Assembly: GCA_028865345.1 (NCBI GenBank)
Contig: JAGWKL010000004.1
Location: 79,422-143,421 of the forward strand
Source of the DNA: Candidatus Omnitrophota bacterium
Lineage (GTDB): Bacteria; Omnitrophota; Gorgyraeia; Zapsychrales; Fredricksoniimonadaceae
DNA: 64,000 bases
Reading direction: 5' to 3'
Both the position numbers and the translations under genes were made by a program. A model generated the notes under the pieces. It made no database searches. It was not told the origin of the DNA and was given only the letters and a program-made list of their open reading frames with translations. Positions 36,096-46,069 of the stretch are shown here, in pieces (the first letter of the stretch is position 1; the number at the start of each line of letters is the position of its first letter).

Positions 36096-38623
36096 CCGTA
36101 TTTCTTGATAAACCAGACCTTGGTGACCTGGACCAGCCACAGGTAAAGGGCCAGGATCCCGAAGAGGAACAGGAAGAATGAGGCGGGCGGCATGACGAAT
36201 TTGAAATACGCCCCCAGCGGCGTATAAGGAATGACCATGGCGGCGGAGACGATATAAATGGAGGTGAATATCAAAAATGGACTTGGCCAGCTTTCCACAA
36301 ACGGAATTTTACCGGTGCGGATGATATGGATGACCAACAATTGCGTGCACATGGATTCCACGAACCAGGCGGTCGCAAACAGGCCCTGGCCGGCATGAAA
36401 TACGAGGACCATGACGATCCATGTCAGATAATCAAAAATAGAGCTTAAGGGCCCAAAGACGATCATGAACTTTTTAATATAGTCCATATTCCATACCCTT
36501 GACTTCAACAGGTATTCTTCGTCCACATCATCGGTGGGGATGGCCACTTGCGAGACATCATAGAGGAAATTATTTAAAATGATCTGGATGGGCAGCATGG
36601 GGTAGAAATTACATTTCAAGACGTACGGCAAAAAGAACCCCGAGCCTGTCATGCTGAACATATTGCCGAAGTTGGAGCTGGCCCCCATCTTGATATATTT
36701 GAAAATATTGCCGAAGACGCGCCTGCCTTCCAAAACACCGTCGCGCAGGACCATCAGGTTCTTTTGCAAAAGGATCAAGTCCGCGGATTCCTTGGCAATG
36801 TCCACCGCGTTGTTGACGGAAATGCCCACGTCCGCCGCCTTCAGGGCCGGCGCGTCGTTGATCCCGTCGCCCAAGTACCCGACGGTATGGTTGTTGCGGT
36901 GCAGGGCGCGGATGACCCGCTCTTTTTGCAAAGGCGAGAGCCTGGCAAAGACCGTGGTGGTTTGAACGGCATCCTTGAGCTGGTCATCCGTCATTTTCTC
37001 CAACTGGATGCCGGTCAGCAAGCCTTTGATGTCAAGACCGACTTCGCTGCAGATCTTCTTGGTGACCAGGTCATTGTCTCCGGTAAGTACCTTGAGTTCA
37101 ATGCCTAATTTCCTTATGACTTCGATTGTCTTTTTGGCGGTGGGCTTGGGAGGGTCAAGAAAGGCGATGTAGCCCTTGAGAACAAGACTGCTCTCATCAT
37201 CCTTGGAATAGACCTCCTTATTGACATCCATGTCCTTATAAGCAATCGCCAGGACCCTGAAACCATCCGCGCTTAAATGGTCATATTCTTCCTTTAAATC
37301 GGTGATGACGACCGGGTCCAGCTCCTCAATCTCTCCCTCGAGTTCGTACCGCGTGCATCTTTTGAGGATTTCTTCAGGGGCGCCTTTGGTGATGATCTTA
37401 TGTTTGCCTTCCATGTCCACGACCACCGACATGATCCGCCGGGAAAAATCGAAAGGCATTTCATCGATCTTCTTATACTGCTTGACGACGAGTTTTTCAT
37501 ATTTTAAGACGGCCTTGTCCAGGATGTTCTTTAAGCCTGTCTGGTAAAAACTGTTGATGTAGGCCAACTTCAGGGTACCCTCGTCCTCCTGGCGCACCAC
37601 ATCGCAATATTTCTCCAGGACGATCCTGTCCAGGGTCAGCGTCCCTGTCTTGTCCGTGCACAGTACGTCCATGGCCCCGAAATTCTGGATGGAATTGAGC
37701 CTCTTGACAATGACCTCTTTTTTGGACATGGCGATGGCGCCTTTGGAGAGGTTGATGGCAACGAGCATCGGCAGCATTTCAGGGGTAAGGCCGATGGCCA
37801 CCGACAGCGAAAACAACAGCGCGTCCATAAAATTATGCTTGGTAAAGAAATTGATGGCGCAAATGACAATGACCAACACCACCATGGCGCGGATCATGAG
37901 CCAGACAAAGCTGTTGATGCCTTTGTCAAAACTGGTGGGCTGGTTGATGGCCGCCAGCCTCTTGGAGACCTCACCGAATTCGGTGGACAAGCCGGTCTTA
38001 ATGACGACCCCCAGGGCCGTACCGCTGACCACGCTTGATCCCATGAACGCAACGCTGTCCGTCACCGGCGTTTTTTCCACCGGCATGGATTCGCCGGTCA
38101 GGGAAGCCTGGTTAATGAACAGGTCTTTGGCCTGGATGATCCTGATGTCCGCGGGGATCATGTCCCCGGCGAAGAGATCGACGATATCACCGGGAACAAT
38201 GTGCTTGATGGGGATTTCCTTCGGCTTGCCGTTTCGGAAGATGGTGGCGGTCGCCCGCACCATTTCGCTTAAGCGTTCCGCTTCCTTTCCCGCCCTGTAC
38301 TCCTGGACAAACCCAAGCACAACGCTCATCAGGGCCATGAGGCCGATGATGGAACCGCTGACCGCATCGCCTGTCCAAAAAGTGACGGCGGCAATCACAA
38401 TAAGCAGCACGACCAGGGGATGGAAAAATTTGGAGATGAATTGAAAGACAATGGTCCGTTTTTGTTTGCGGGCCGCTTCGTTGGGGCCGTATTCGTCGAG
38501 GCGCTCTTTGGCTTGGCTTTCCGAAAGCCCCGTAGCAGAGGTCTGGAATTTCTCAAACAGGACCTCTTTGGGGCAAGTTTTGAAATCAAAATCCAGAACC
38601 TGAGATTTTTGTTTTCCGTTCAT
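36086..38623 (-). CDS. mgtA: Magnesium-translocating P-type ATPase
   Basis: TGES, GLTPEMLPM, IQNFGAMDVLCTDKTGTLT, GDGIND, KMGASSNFGNMFS. ATG 38623 overlaps the pfkA stop (ATGA). Confidence 0.95.
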   Translation of the reverse strand: MNGKQKSQVLDFDFKTCPKEVLFEKFQTSATGLSESQAKERLDEYGPNEAARKQKRTIVFQFISKFFHPLVVLLIVIAAVTFWTGDAVSGSIIGLMALMSVVLGFVQEYRAGKEAERLSEMVRATATIFRNGKPKEIPIKHIVPGDIVDLFAGDMIPADIRIIQAKDLFINQASLTGESMPVEKTPVTDSVAFMGSSVVSGTALGVVIKTGLSTEFGEVSKRLAAINQPTSFDKGINSFVWLMIRAMVVLVIVICAINFFTKHNFMDALLFSLSVAIGLTPEMLPMLVAINLSKGAIAMSKKEVIVKRLNSIQNFGAMDVLCTDKTGTLTLDRIVLEKYCDVVRQEDEGTLKLAYINSFYQTGLKNILDKAVLKYEKLVVKQYKKIDEMPFDFSRRIMSVVVDMEGKHKIITKGAPEEILKRCTRYELEGEIEELDPVVITDLKEEYDHLSADGFRVLAIAYKDMDVNKEVYSKDDESSLVLKGYIAFLDPPKPTAKKTIEVIRKLGIELKVLTGDNDLVTKKICSEVGLDIKGLLTGIQLEKMTDDQLKDAVQTTTVFARLSPLQKERVIRALHRNNHTVGYLGDGINDAPALKAADVGISVNNAVDIAKESADLILLQKNLMVLRDGVLEGRRVFGNIFKYIKMGASSNFGNMFSMTGSGFFLPYVLKCNFYPMLPIQIILNNFLYDVSQVAIPTDDVDEEYLLKSRVWNMDYIKKFMIVFGPLSSIFDYLTWIVMVLVFHAGQGLFATAWFVESMCTQLLVIHIIRTGKIPFVESWPSPFLIFTSIYIVSAAMVIPYTPLGAYFKFVMPPASFFLFLFGILALYLWLVQVTKVWFIKKYGYE

Positions 38624-39714
38624 TCCTGGTCCCCGAAACACGTGCCCAGCGCGCGCGCGTCCTTGATCATGGGATGGTCCAGCGGCACCGATCTCGAGCC
38701 CCGCGCCACCTCCGATAAGGGGACTTTGACCAGCTGGTCCTCCTTAACTCCCACCATGAAGCCGAAATGCCTTTCGGCGATCAAATCAACGGCCTTGGAA
38801 CCCAATTGCGTCCCTAAGATCCTGTCAAATGGGGACGGTGATCCTCCGCGCTGGAGGTGGCCCAAGACCACGTTGCGGGTCTCGATGCCGGTCAGCTTCT
38901 CCAGCTGCTGTCCCAACACAAAACTGACCCCGCCCAAACGGATGGGCGCGCAAGCGTCTTTGACGATCCTCTGCACCGTTACCTTGCCGCCGAGAGGCTT
39001 AGCCCCTTCGGCGATGACAACAATCGTAAAATTTTTTCCCCTTTTGCGGCGGTCTTTGATGTGCCGCACCACGCGCCCGACATCATAAGGGATCTCGGGA
39101 ATAAGAATAACATCCCCTCCGCCGGCGAGACCTGCATAAAGCGCTATCCACCCGGCGGTCCTGCCCATCACCTCAAGGATCATGATCCTATGGTGCGACT
39201 CGGCCGTAGTATGCAGGCGGTCTATCCCTTCGGTAGCCACATGGACGGCGGTGTCAAAGCCAAAGGTAATGTCCGTTCCTTTGACATCGTTGTCCACGGT
39301 TTTGGGCACCCCGACGACGGCCACCCCCCGGGTAGACAGCCGGTGGGACGTGTCCAGGGTGCCGTCGCCTCCGATCGTCACCAGACAATCGACCTTTAAT
39401 TTACGCAAATTCTTGATGACCAGGGCCGAAAGGTCCTTGTAGGCGACCTTGGCGGCGGTTTCCACAGGGTACTTATAAGGGTTCGCCCTGTTGGTGGTGC
39501 CCAGGATCGTCCCTCCCATGGTCAAAATGCCGGAGACACTGTCTTCATTCAATATCCGGTGCCGGTTGCTGACCAGGCCTTCAAAACCGTCCTTGATGCC
39601 GATGACCTCATAGCCATACTCATGGACCGCTTTTTTGGTGACGGCCCGGATAACGGCATTTAGCCCGGAGCAGTCCCCGCCGCTGGTTAAAATGGCTATG
39701 CGACGCATGTTCAC
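38620..39714 (-). CDS. pfkA: 6-phosphofructokinase
   Basis: LTSGGDCSGLNA, GGDGT (Gly typical of ATP-type), PKTVDND, EVMGR, LGHLQRGG. Confidence 0.95.
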   Translation of the reverse strand: MNMRRIAILTSGGDCSGLNAVIRAVTKKAVHEYGYEVIGIKDGFEGLVSNRHRILNEDSVSGILTMGGTILGTTNRANPYKYPVETAAKVAYKDLSALVIKNLRKLKVDCLVTIGGDGTLDTSHRLSTRGVAVVGVPKTVDNDVKGTDITFGFDTAVHVATEGIDRLHTTAESHHRIMILEVMGRTAGWIALYAGLAGGGDVILIPEIPYDVGRVVRHIKDRRKRGKNFTIVVIAEGAKPLGGKVTVQRIVKDACAPIRLGGVSFVLGQQLEKLTGIETRNVVLGHLQRGGSPSPFDRILGTQLGSKAVDLIAERHFGFMVGVKEDQLVKVPLSEVARGSRSVPLDHPMIKDARALGTCFGDQE

Positions 39715-40034
39715 TTTATCCTGATATCATAGGAACGGACATGGTCCCGGTAATAAGCCTTTCCCCAGCCGACGACCTTGTCTTTGATCAAACAAATAGG
39801 AAGCTCGTAGGAAGAAGATCCATACTGCCTGATATAAATATAAAATTCCTTGCGGGTCTGGTCCTGGCCCTTGGCCTGATAAATTTCTATTCTGTCCGGC
39901 TTACCCAAACTCTCAAGCATCTGTTGTTTGGTCATGCCGAACTCGGGTTCGGTCAGGGGTTTTAGCGCCCCGGAGGTATGGGCGCAACCGGCGAAAACCA
40001 GACACAATCCAATACTGATCAATAAATTTTTCAA
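39711..40034 (-). CDS. Small lipoprotein, SmpA/OmlA/DUF3192-like
   Basis: Lipobox FAGC; GMTKQQMLESLGKPD...KDKVVGWG. Confidence 0.75.
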   Translation of the reverse strand: MKNLLISIGLCLVFAGCAHTSGALKPLTEPEFGMTKQQMLESLGKPDRIEIYQAKGQDQTRKEFYIYIRQYGSSSYELPICLIKDKVVGWGKAYYRDHVRSYDIRIK

Positions 40035-40136
40035 TGTTCTCTGTTCCTTTGTTTTTGTGAGGTTTTTGACGAATGCACTATTACAAAATTTTTATAAGTG
40101 CCCATTATAACATAAACTTTTGAAAAATAAACTTCT

Positions 40137-40658
40137 CTAATTTGCTGTGGGAAAGTCTGGGGAGGTGTCGGATGCGCTGTTGTTTAAGGCGCTGTTGTCT
40201 GAGGCGCTGTTGACGGATGGGCTCTCGGCAGGCGGGTTGGAAACTTTTAAGGCCGCCACGCTTTTTTCAAGGCTTTTGATTTCATCCCTGGCCCCATTCA
40301 ATTTTTTTTCAAGCTGGGCCAGCACGGACACATAGTCTTTCTGCCATCCTTGTCCCTGCTGTTTGACGGCGTCGGCCTCGGCTTTGATACCCACAAGGTC
40401 CGTCTCAATGTCCTTGCTTTCATCCTGCTGGGCGTTGATCTGCCGGTGCACGTCTTGGAGGCCCTGGGCATAATCCTCGATCTGCCCCTGCAGGTATTTA
40501 AATTTGTTGCTGTTGAATTCCGATTCTACATCCTGCTTGGCCCTGATGGAATCCAGGCCCGCTTTTTCCTGCCTGCAAAAAATATAAAGCTCGGCATTGA
40601 ATGCGATCAGAACCAGAATGATAATGGCAACAACCGCTTTGAAGATGATGTTCCACAT
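40137..40658 (-). CDS. Hypothetical single-TM coiled-coil protein
   Basis: N-terminal TM, heptad-rich body, Ser/Asn-rich tail. Confidence 0.7.
   Translation of the reverse strand: MWNIIFKAVVAIIILVLIAFNAELYIFCRQEKAGLDSIRAKQDVESEFNSNKFKYLQGQIEDYAQGLQDVHRQINAQQDESKDIETDLVGIKAEADAVKQQGQGWQKDYVSVLAQLEKKLNGARDEIKSLEKSVAALKVSNPPAESPSVNSASDNSALNNSASDTSPDFPTAN
40174..40212. repeat. 15-bp-period coding repeat (x3)
   Basis: GCGCTGTTG at 40174, 40189 and 40204, encoding NSASD-NSALN-NSA. Confidence 0.7.
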
Positions 40659-40677
40659 AAGTATTTAAGTATACACT

Positions 40678-40736
40678 AAAAAGGGGGCACTTTACCAGTC
40701 CCCAAAAAACCTGAGAGGCCGGCAAGGTGCCCCCTT
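40678..40736 (-). terminator. Long inverted repeat, likely terminator of the receiver operon
   Basis: AAGGGGGCAC...GTGCCCCCTT perfect 10-bp outer arms extending to ~20 bp imperfect; T run follows on the - strand. Confidence 0.55.
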
Positions 40737-40756
40737 CTTTAATCCCCTGATTCAGG

Positions 40757-41140
40757 CTATGTCACCCTCCATAATGATTCCTTGACCAACCTCAACAACT
40801 CCTCGGCCTCATACGGTTTGCATAAAGTTTTATATGGCTTGCCTTCAATGGATATCCTGGTCATTTCCATGTACTCTTTGGGTGAAACAAGCCCGGTCAG
40901 GATGATGATGGGGATCTGGGCCAGTTCCGGGACCTTTTTCAATTCTTTGATGGTCTGGTCTCCGCTGAATTTCGGCATCATCATGTCCATCAGGATAAGG
41001 TCAGGTCTGGTTTTAGCTGCCTCTTCGATGGCCACGCGCCCCTCATAACACACCGCCACGTCATACCCGGCTTTGACCAGGATCCTTCTGGTGGCATCCG
41101 CCATTCCTTCATCGTCGTCGACGACCAATATTCTTGCCAT
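40757..41140 (-). CDS. Single-domain response regulator
   Basis: ILVVDDD, LMDMMMP, LTG, KPY. Confidence 0.9.
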   Translation of the reverse strand: MARILVVDDDEGMADATRRILVKAGYDVAVCYEGRVAIEEAAKTRPDLILMDMMMPKFSGDQTIKELKKVPELAQIPIIILTGLVSPKEYMEMTRISIEGKPYKTLCKPYEAEELLRLVKESLWRVT

Positions 41141-41144
41141 ACGC

Positions 41145-41921
41145 TTAATCTAACAGTTCCCTGGCGGCATCAAGGAAATCACCAGGCGCAGTATATTCCA
41201 AAAACCTGTCCACCCCTTGCTTTTCTCCGATCTTTTGGGCGATGACGGTTTTTTCAGGGCCTTTCTCGGTATAGAGGATGCATTTGACATCGCGGGTCTT
41301 GGCCATATTTTTAAGTTTGGCGATCACAATATCCCCTGAAATATCCACCAACCCCAATTTAATCAAAGCAATGTCAGGGACCGTAGCGGCAATGCGCTCG
41401 ATGCCGTCCACCCCGTTGCGCGCGGGATTGACCGTATAGCCGGCGCTTAAGAAAACCCCGCCGATCTGGTTTAAGATCTCCTGGTTGTTCTCAACAACGC
41501 AAACCTTTCTGGTTTCGCTTGCTCCCGATGAGGTCATTTTAACCCCCTCGCCGGCATGCCTGCCGAGGATGGCTTCGACCTCCTTGAGCAGGTCATCGAT
41601 CTCAAAAGGTTTGGACATAAACCCGTCGATGTTAAACTGTTTGAAGAGCTGTTCCATGTTGGCGCGGGCCGTCAGGACCAGGACCGGGTATTTAGGCTTG
41701 TCGTTCTCGCAGATCCTCTGGTAGAATTCCAAGCCTCCCATCTTGGGCATGTTCATGTCCAGAATAATGAGGTCGGGTTTGACCGTTTTTAATTGCTCCA
41801 GCCCTTCCAGGCCGTTGCCTGCGATGAGGACCTTGTACTGTTTTGTTTCCAGTGTCATTTTGACCATGACCTGTAAATTGACCTCGTCGTCTATCACCAA
41901 AATCGTTTTTGGGCCGCTCAT
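41145..41921 (-). CDS. Tandem receiver protein (REC plus pseudo-REC)
   Basis: REC1 intact (IDDE, DMNMP, KPF); REC2 degenerate. Start ATG 41921 (ATGA overlap); the ORF track's upstream extension overlaps the previous gene. Confidence 0.88.
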   Translation of the reverse strand: MSGPKTILVIDDEVNLQVMVKMTLETKQYKVLIAGNGLEGLEQLKTVKPDLIILDMNMPKMGGLEFYQRICENDKPKYPVLVLTARANMEQLFKQFNIDGFMSKPFEIDDLLKEVEAILGRHAGEGVKMTSSGASETRKVCVVENNQEILNQIGGVFLSAGYTVNPARNGVDGIERIAATVPDIALIKLGLVDISGDIVIAKLKNMAKTRDVKCILYTEKGPEKTVIAQKIGEKQGVDRFLEYTAPGDFLDAARELLD

Positions 41922-43078
41922 GGCTTGATCTCCCTTCGTTCTTGGATGGGCAAAATGAAAATAAAGGAAGTCCCTTCCCCTAATTTGGATTCCGCCCAAA
42001 TTTTCCCGCCATGCCGCTCGATGATCTCCCGGCAAATGGCCAGTCCCAATCCGGTCCCGCCTTCTTCGTTCTTTTCAGCGGACTCTATCTGCTGGAATTT
42101 CCCGAACAGCTTGGAAAAATCCGCCTCGGCAATTCCCTTGCCTGTGTCCTTAACACAGACTTGAATGTGGTTGTTGGGCGATTTATCAAGGCTTAACACC
42201 GTAATGCCGCCTTCCTTGGTGAACTTGATGGCATTGCTCAGGAGATTATTCATGACCTGAATGAGGCGGTCATTATCAAAAGGGACCATGGGCAGCTTAT
42301 CGTCCAGTTCCATTTTTAAATACAGGCCTTTTGCTTGGGCAACGTCCTTTTGGGAGTCAACGGTCTGTTTAATGACATTGTTGACATTATTGGGCATAAA
42401 ACTCATCTGTAATTTTCCGGATTCCATCTTGGTCAAATCCAGGATGTCATTGATCAGGCGTTTGAGGCGGTCCACTTCGCTTTTGACGCGGCCCAAAATG
42501 TCCTGCTGCTGGCTGTTGAGCTCCCCCACCATTTTTCTGAGCACCAGATCAACGCCTGTCTTGATGGAGGCCAGAGGGGTACGCAATTCATGGGAGACGG
42601 TGGAGGTAAACTCCTTTTGCACCTCATACATGGCTTTGAGTTTTTTATTGCTGATCTCCAGTTCTGCTGTCTTGGTTTTGGCGTCCAGGACAAGGTCATA
42701 ATGCTCAATGCATTGGCGGATGGTGTGCAACAGCTCCGTCGTCTTCCACGGCTTGCTGATAAACCGGTAGACTTCCCCCACATTGATGGCCTCTTCCGCG
42801 GCCGAGAAATCCGTATAACCGGTAAAAAGGATCTTGACGGCGTCAGGATATTTTTCTTTGACTTCCCCTAAAAACTTCACGCCTGAAACGTCCGGCATAC
42901 GGTAATCGCTGACCACCACCTTGATCTTCTCTTTGGCCAGGGCCTCCCTGGCTTCATTGACATTGGTGGTCGCGAACACCCCATAAGGTTCCCGGATAAA
43001 GAGGCGCTGGATGCCGTCGATGATGCTTTGTTCATCGTCTAGAAATATGACCAGTGTTTCCTTGGGCATAGCAATCAT
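41918..43078 (-). CDS. Hybrid sensor kinase (REC-HisKA-HATPase)
   Basis: LDDE, SDYRMP, KPW, SHELRTPL, NLLSNAIKF, GTGLGL. Start ATG 43078 or 43069. Confidence 0.92.
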   Translation of the reverse strand: MIAMPKETLVIFLDDEQSIIDGIQRLFIREPYGVFATTNVNEAREALAKEKIKVVVSDYRMPDVSGVKFLGEVKEKYPDAVKILFTGYTDFSAAEEAINVGEVYRFISKPWKTTELLHTIRQCIEHYDLVLDAKTKTAELEISNKKLKAMYEVQKEFTSTVSHELRTPLASIKTGVDLVLRKMVGELNSQQQDILGRVKSEVDRLKRLINDILDLTKMESGKLQMSFMPNNVNNVIKQTVDSQKDVAQAKGLYLKMELDDKLPMVPFDNDRLIQVMNNLLSNAIKFTKEGGITVLSLDKSPNNHIQVCVKDTGKGIAEADFSKLFGKFQQIESAEKNEEGGTGLGLAICREIIERHGGKIWAESKLGEGTSFIFILPIQERREIKP

Positions 43079-43557
43079 CCCTTTCCGGAAGGTTTGGTAT
43101 AGTCCCCTGTCCCGACATAGAATGCGTTGATGATATCGCGCCTGCCGATGACGCCGACGATCTCTTTTTTGGATATCACCATGACCGGCAAGGTATGGAT
43201 GTTCCTGGCGCACATCAGCTTCATCATGTCGTAGAGGGTGGTTTCTTCGTTGATGGTCACAACGTCACTGGTCATGATCTCAGACACCTTTATACCGGAG
43301 TAATTGACCGAATTTTTACCTTGCTCAATATCGACGACGATCTTCTTCATCAAATTAAACAGGTCGGTCGCGGTGGCAATGCCGCAAATCTCGCCGTTTT
43401 TGTCGATCACAGGCACCCCGCTGATCTTGAAACGCATCATCAGATGGGCGAGGCTCATCACGGTCTCACCCTCCTTGATGGTGATGGCAAAACGCGACAT
43501 CAAGTCCGCGGCTTTTACACTTTTTGATCTATGCTCCACTTGCTTTATATCCACCAT
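43075..43557 (-). CDS. CBS-pair protein
   Basis: ISGVPVID..GEICGI..TDL, KVSEIMT, HTLPVM...VGVIGRRDI. Confidence 0.9.
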   Translation of the reverse strand: MVDIKQVEHRSKSVKAADLMSRFAITIKEGETVMSLAHLMMRFKISGVPVIDKNGEICGIATATDLFNLMKKIVVDIEQGKNSVNYSGIKVSEIMTSDVVTINEETTLYDMMKLMCARNIHTLPVMVISKKEIVGVIGRRDIINAFYVGTGDYTKPSGKG

Positions 43558-43570
43558 AGACGATCCCCCC

Positions 43571-44146
43571 CTAATTTAAAAGAGCATCAATTTTGACCTT
43601 CAAGGCGGCATTGCTAAACGGCTTTGCCAAATAATCATCGGCCTGTGATACCTTCGCCTGCTCCAACTCAGCTTGATCGGTGATCCCTGAAATGAGAAGG
43701 ATTTTAACGTCCTTATTCTCCGGATTACCGCGGATCTTGGAACATACTTCGTATCCGTTCAATCCAGGCATCTTGATGTCCAAAATCACCAGGTCCGGTT
43801 TAAAATCGGAAAACTTCTGTCCTGCTTCAAAACCATCATAGGCGATTTCCAAGTCATATGACTTTTCCCTGATCAGGAACCGGCGGATGGAATCCACCAT
43901 GCCCCTGTCGTCATCAACGATCAGCACCCGCTTTTTATAATTCTGTTGCAGGGAAGCTAATTCTGCGGGGACGGGCATGTTATATCTCTTGAGAAAGCTC
44001 AAGAAATCATTGATCTGAACCCTGCTGTGGTTGCCCACCGTACGGTAGGCCTTGATCTTGCCTTCATTGATCCATTGATTGGCCGTCCGCGGGGTCACAT
44101 GACAATATTTGGCAATTTCATAGGTTGTCAGCGCTTTTTGGTCCAT
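43571..44146 (-). CDS. Response regulator with N-terminal excisionase/MerR-like HTH
   Basis: LTTYEIAKYCHVTPRT..QWI..G.IKAYRT.G.HSR followed by REC (VDDD, DIKMP, KPF). Confidence 0.9.
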   Translation of the reverse strand: MDQKALTTYEIAKYCHVTPRTANQWINEGKIKAYRTVGNHSRVQINDFLSFLKRYNMPVPAELASLQQNYKKRVLIVDDDRGMVDSIRRFLIREKSYDLEIAYDGFEAGQKFSDFKPDLVILDIKMPGLNGYEVCSKIRGNPENKDVKILLISGITDQAELEQAKVSQADDYLAKPFSNAALKVKIDALLN

Positions 44147-44151
44147 CGTTC

Positions 44152-44541
44152 TTACCTCAATGGTTTGGCTAAATTATCCCTTACCGTCTTTAACAGGTCA
44201 TCTATCTCATAAGGTTTGCCTAAGGTTTGATAAACGGTACCGTCTATATTGATCCCCGTTTCTTCCAGGTCTTCTTCATCGCTTGAAATCAATCCCGTCA
44301 AGAATATGATGGGGATATTTTTAAAATCAGGGTCTTTTTGAAAATTCCTTACGGCTTCGGGCCCGCTGACTTCCGGCATCATGATGTCCATTAAAATCAG
44401 GTCCGGTTTCATTCTTTTTATCTGATCTATGGCTTTGCCGGTACTGTGGCAAACCGCCACTTCATATCCTTTCTGGGCCAGCGCCGTCCTGGTCACATGG
44501 GTAAGATTTTGGTCATCATCAACGATCAATATCCTGGCCAT
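44152..44541 (-). CDS. Single-domain response regulator (paralog of 40757..41140)
   Basis: MARILIVDDD, DIMMP, KPY; SD AAGGAG before ATG 44541. Confidence 0.9.
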   Translation of the reverse strand: MARILIVDDDQNLTHVTRTALAQKGYEVAVCHSTGKAIDQIKRMKPDLILMDIMMPEVSGPEAVRNFQKDPDFKNIPIIFLTGLISSDEEDLEETGINIDGTVYQTLGKPYEIDDLLKTVRDNLAKPLR

Positions 44542-44624
44542 ACATTTCTCCTTTAAAGAAACACTCATTTCCTCTTGATTACGTATATCACGTATCTCCT
44601 ATTTCTCTGTATTCTCCACAATTA

Positions 44625-44653
44625 AATATACTTGATGCCCGCGGTTTTGTCAA
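44625..44653 (-). promoter_or_regulatory. Sigma70 promoter of the receiver operon
   Basis: TTGACA-17 bp-TATATT. Confidence 0.7.
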
Positions 44654-44679
44654 GGGGACCAGGGAAGAAAGGAAAAGCG

Positions 44680-46068
44680 TCAGGTTGCCGCCGGGAGCAT
44701 GACGGTAAAAGTGGTCCCTTGCCCTATTATGGACCTGACCTTTATTTCGCCGCCGTGCTTTTTGACGATCTCGTAACTTACGCTTAAACCCAAACCTGTC
44801 CCTTTGCCGACAGGCTTGGTTGTAAAGAACGGTTCAAATATTTTTTTTAAATGCTCTTCCTCGATCCCCTTGCCCGTGTCCCTCACATCAATGCACACAC
44901 TTGCGCCCTGGCAATATGTTTTTACCTCAATGATCCCTTTTTGCTCAATGGCTTGTGTCGCATTGACCAATAAATTAATAAACACCTGCCCCATTCTCTG
45001 GACGTTACACTTGACTAAAGGCGTTGTCCCGTAATTCTTTATCAACTCAGCCTTATATTTAAGTTCATTGTAAACAATGCTTAAAATACTCCCTATGATT
45101 TCCTCGATTTTAACGAGTTCCATCCTGTCTTCACCTTCACGGGCAAAGGTCTTCAAATCCATGACGATTTTCTGGATCCGTTCAATCCCTCTTTGATTGT
45201 GACTTAACAAATTATGGATGTCATTCATGATATAATCCAACTGGATATCCTCTGAAAACCGGTCAATTTCCTTGATAATGGACCCTGCCTTCTCTATATG
45301 GCCGTCCCTGACGCTTTTCTTCAAAGCATCGAACATTCTTAAAAGTTTTGTATATTCGCCGATGTATTGCTCCAGCATTTCCGAATTATTGCTGATAAAT
45401 CCGACCGGATTATTGATCTCATGGGCAACGCCTGCAGCCAACTGGCCTATGGAGGCCATTTTCTCGGACTGCAATATTTGCATTTGCGCCTGTTTGAGTT
45501 CTTCATGGGTTTTATGAAGAGCATTGAACATCTTACTCAAACGTTTCTCATTTTTACGCCGTTCCTCAAGGGCATGGCTTAATTCTTTAGAATTAAGCTC
45601 CATTTCCACCCAAACGGCGAGATCTTTTAACAATGCGCACTGTTCGCCTGGAAATTCCCTGGGTTTATAATCTTTGATGCACAATGTCCCGATTTTATGC
45701 CCCCCGGGGCCCCTTAAATATTGCCCTGCATAAAATCGGATATGGGGTTTCCCGGTGACCATCGGATTGTCGCTGAATCTTGGGTCGGTCAACGCGTCAG
45801 GGATGACAAACAAATCATCGGCCAGCATGGCATGTCCGCAAAACGAGATCGCGCGCGGGCCCTCAGACGCATCTAATCCCTGGCAGGATTTAAACCATTC
45901 TCTATTGGAGTCCACCAGACTTAGAGTGGAAACGGGGACATTAAATAACTTCTGTGCGATTTTAGTAATACGGTCAAAGCGCTCTTCCATCGGAGTATCA
46001 AGAATGGAAAGAGACCTTAAACTTTCTAAACGTTCTTGTTCATTGTCCGGGACAGGGGCATTTAACAT
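44680..46068 (-). CDS. Cytoplasmic GAF-domain histidine kinase (NtrB-like core)
   Basis: E.ERL..L....ILDT, FDRIT, SFCGHA, IRFYAG, GTLCI; GVAHEINNP; [15 protein letters not shown]. Confidence 0.92.
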   Translation of the reverse strand: MLNAPVPDNEQERLESLRSLSILDTPMEERFDRITKIAQKLFNVPVSTLSLVDSNREWFKSCQGLDASEGPRAISFCGHAMLADDLFVIPDALTDPRFSDNPMVTGKPHIRFYAGQYLRGPGGHKIGTLCIKDYKPREFPGEQCALLKDLAVWVEMELNSKELSHALEERRKNEKRLSKMFNALHKTHEELKQAQMQILQSEKMASIGQLAAGVAHEINNPVGFISNNSEMLEQYIGEYTKLLRMFDALKKSVRDGHIEKAGSIIKEIDRFSEDIQLDYIMNDIHNLLSHNQRGIERIQKIVMDLKTFAREGEDRMELVKIEEIIGSILSIVYNELKYKAELIKNYGTTPLVKCNVQRMGQVFINLLVNATQAIEQKGIIEVKTYCQGASVCIDVRDTGKGIEEEHLKKIFEPFFTTKPVGKGTGLGLSVSYEIVKKHGGEIKVRSIIGQGTTFTVMLPAAT

Positions 46069-46069
46069 A

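Noticed and set aside
41922-43213. ORF-track N-terminal extensions (also for mgtA, dnaG and yfiR)
   Set aside because: They overlap upstream genes; downstream ATGs with coupling overlaps or domain starts fit better.
43571-44146. Excisionase suggesting a prophage or ICE
   Set aside because: The HTH is fused to a receiver domain, and no integrase, att-like repeat or phage gene is nearby.
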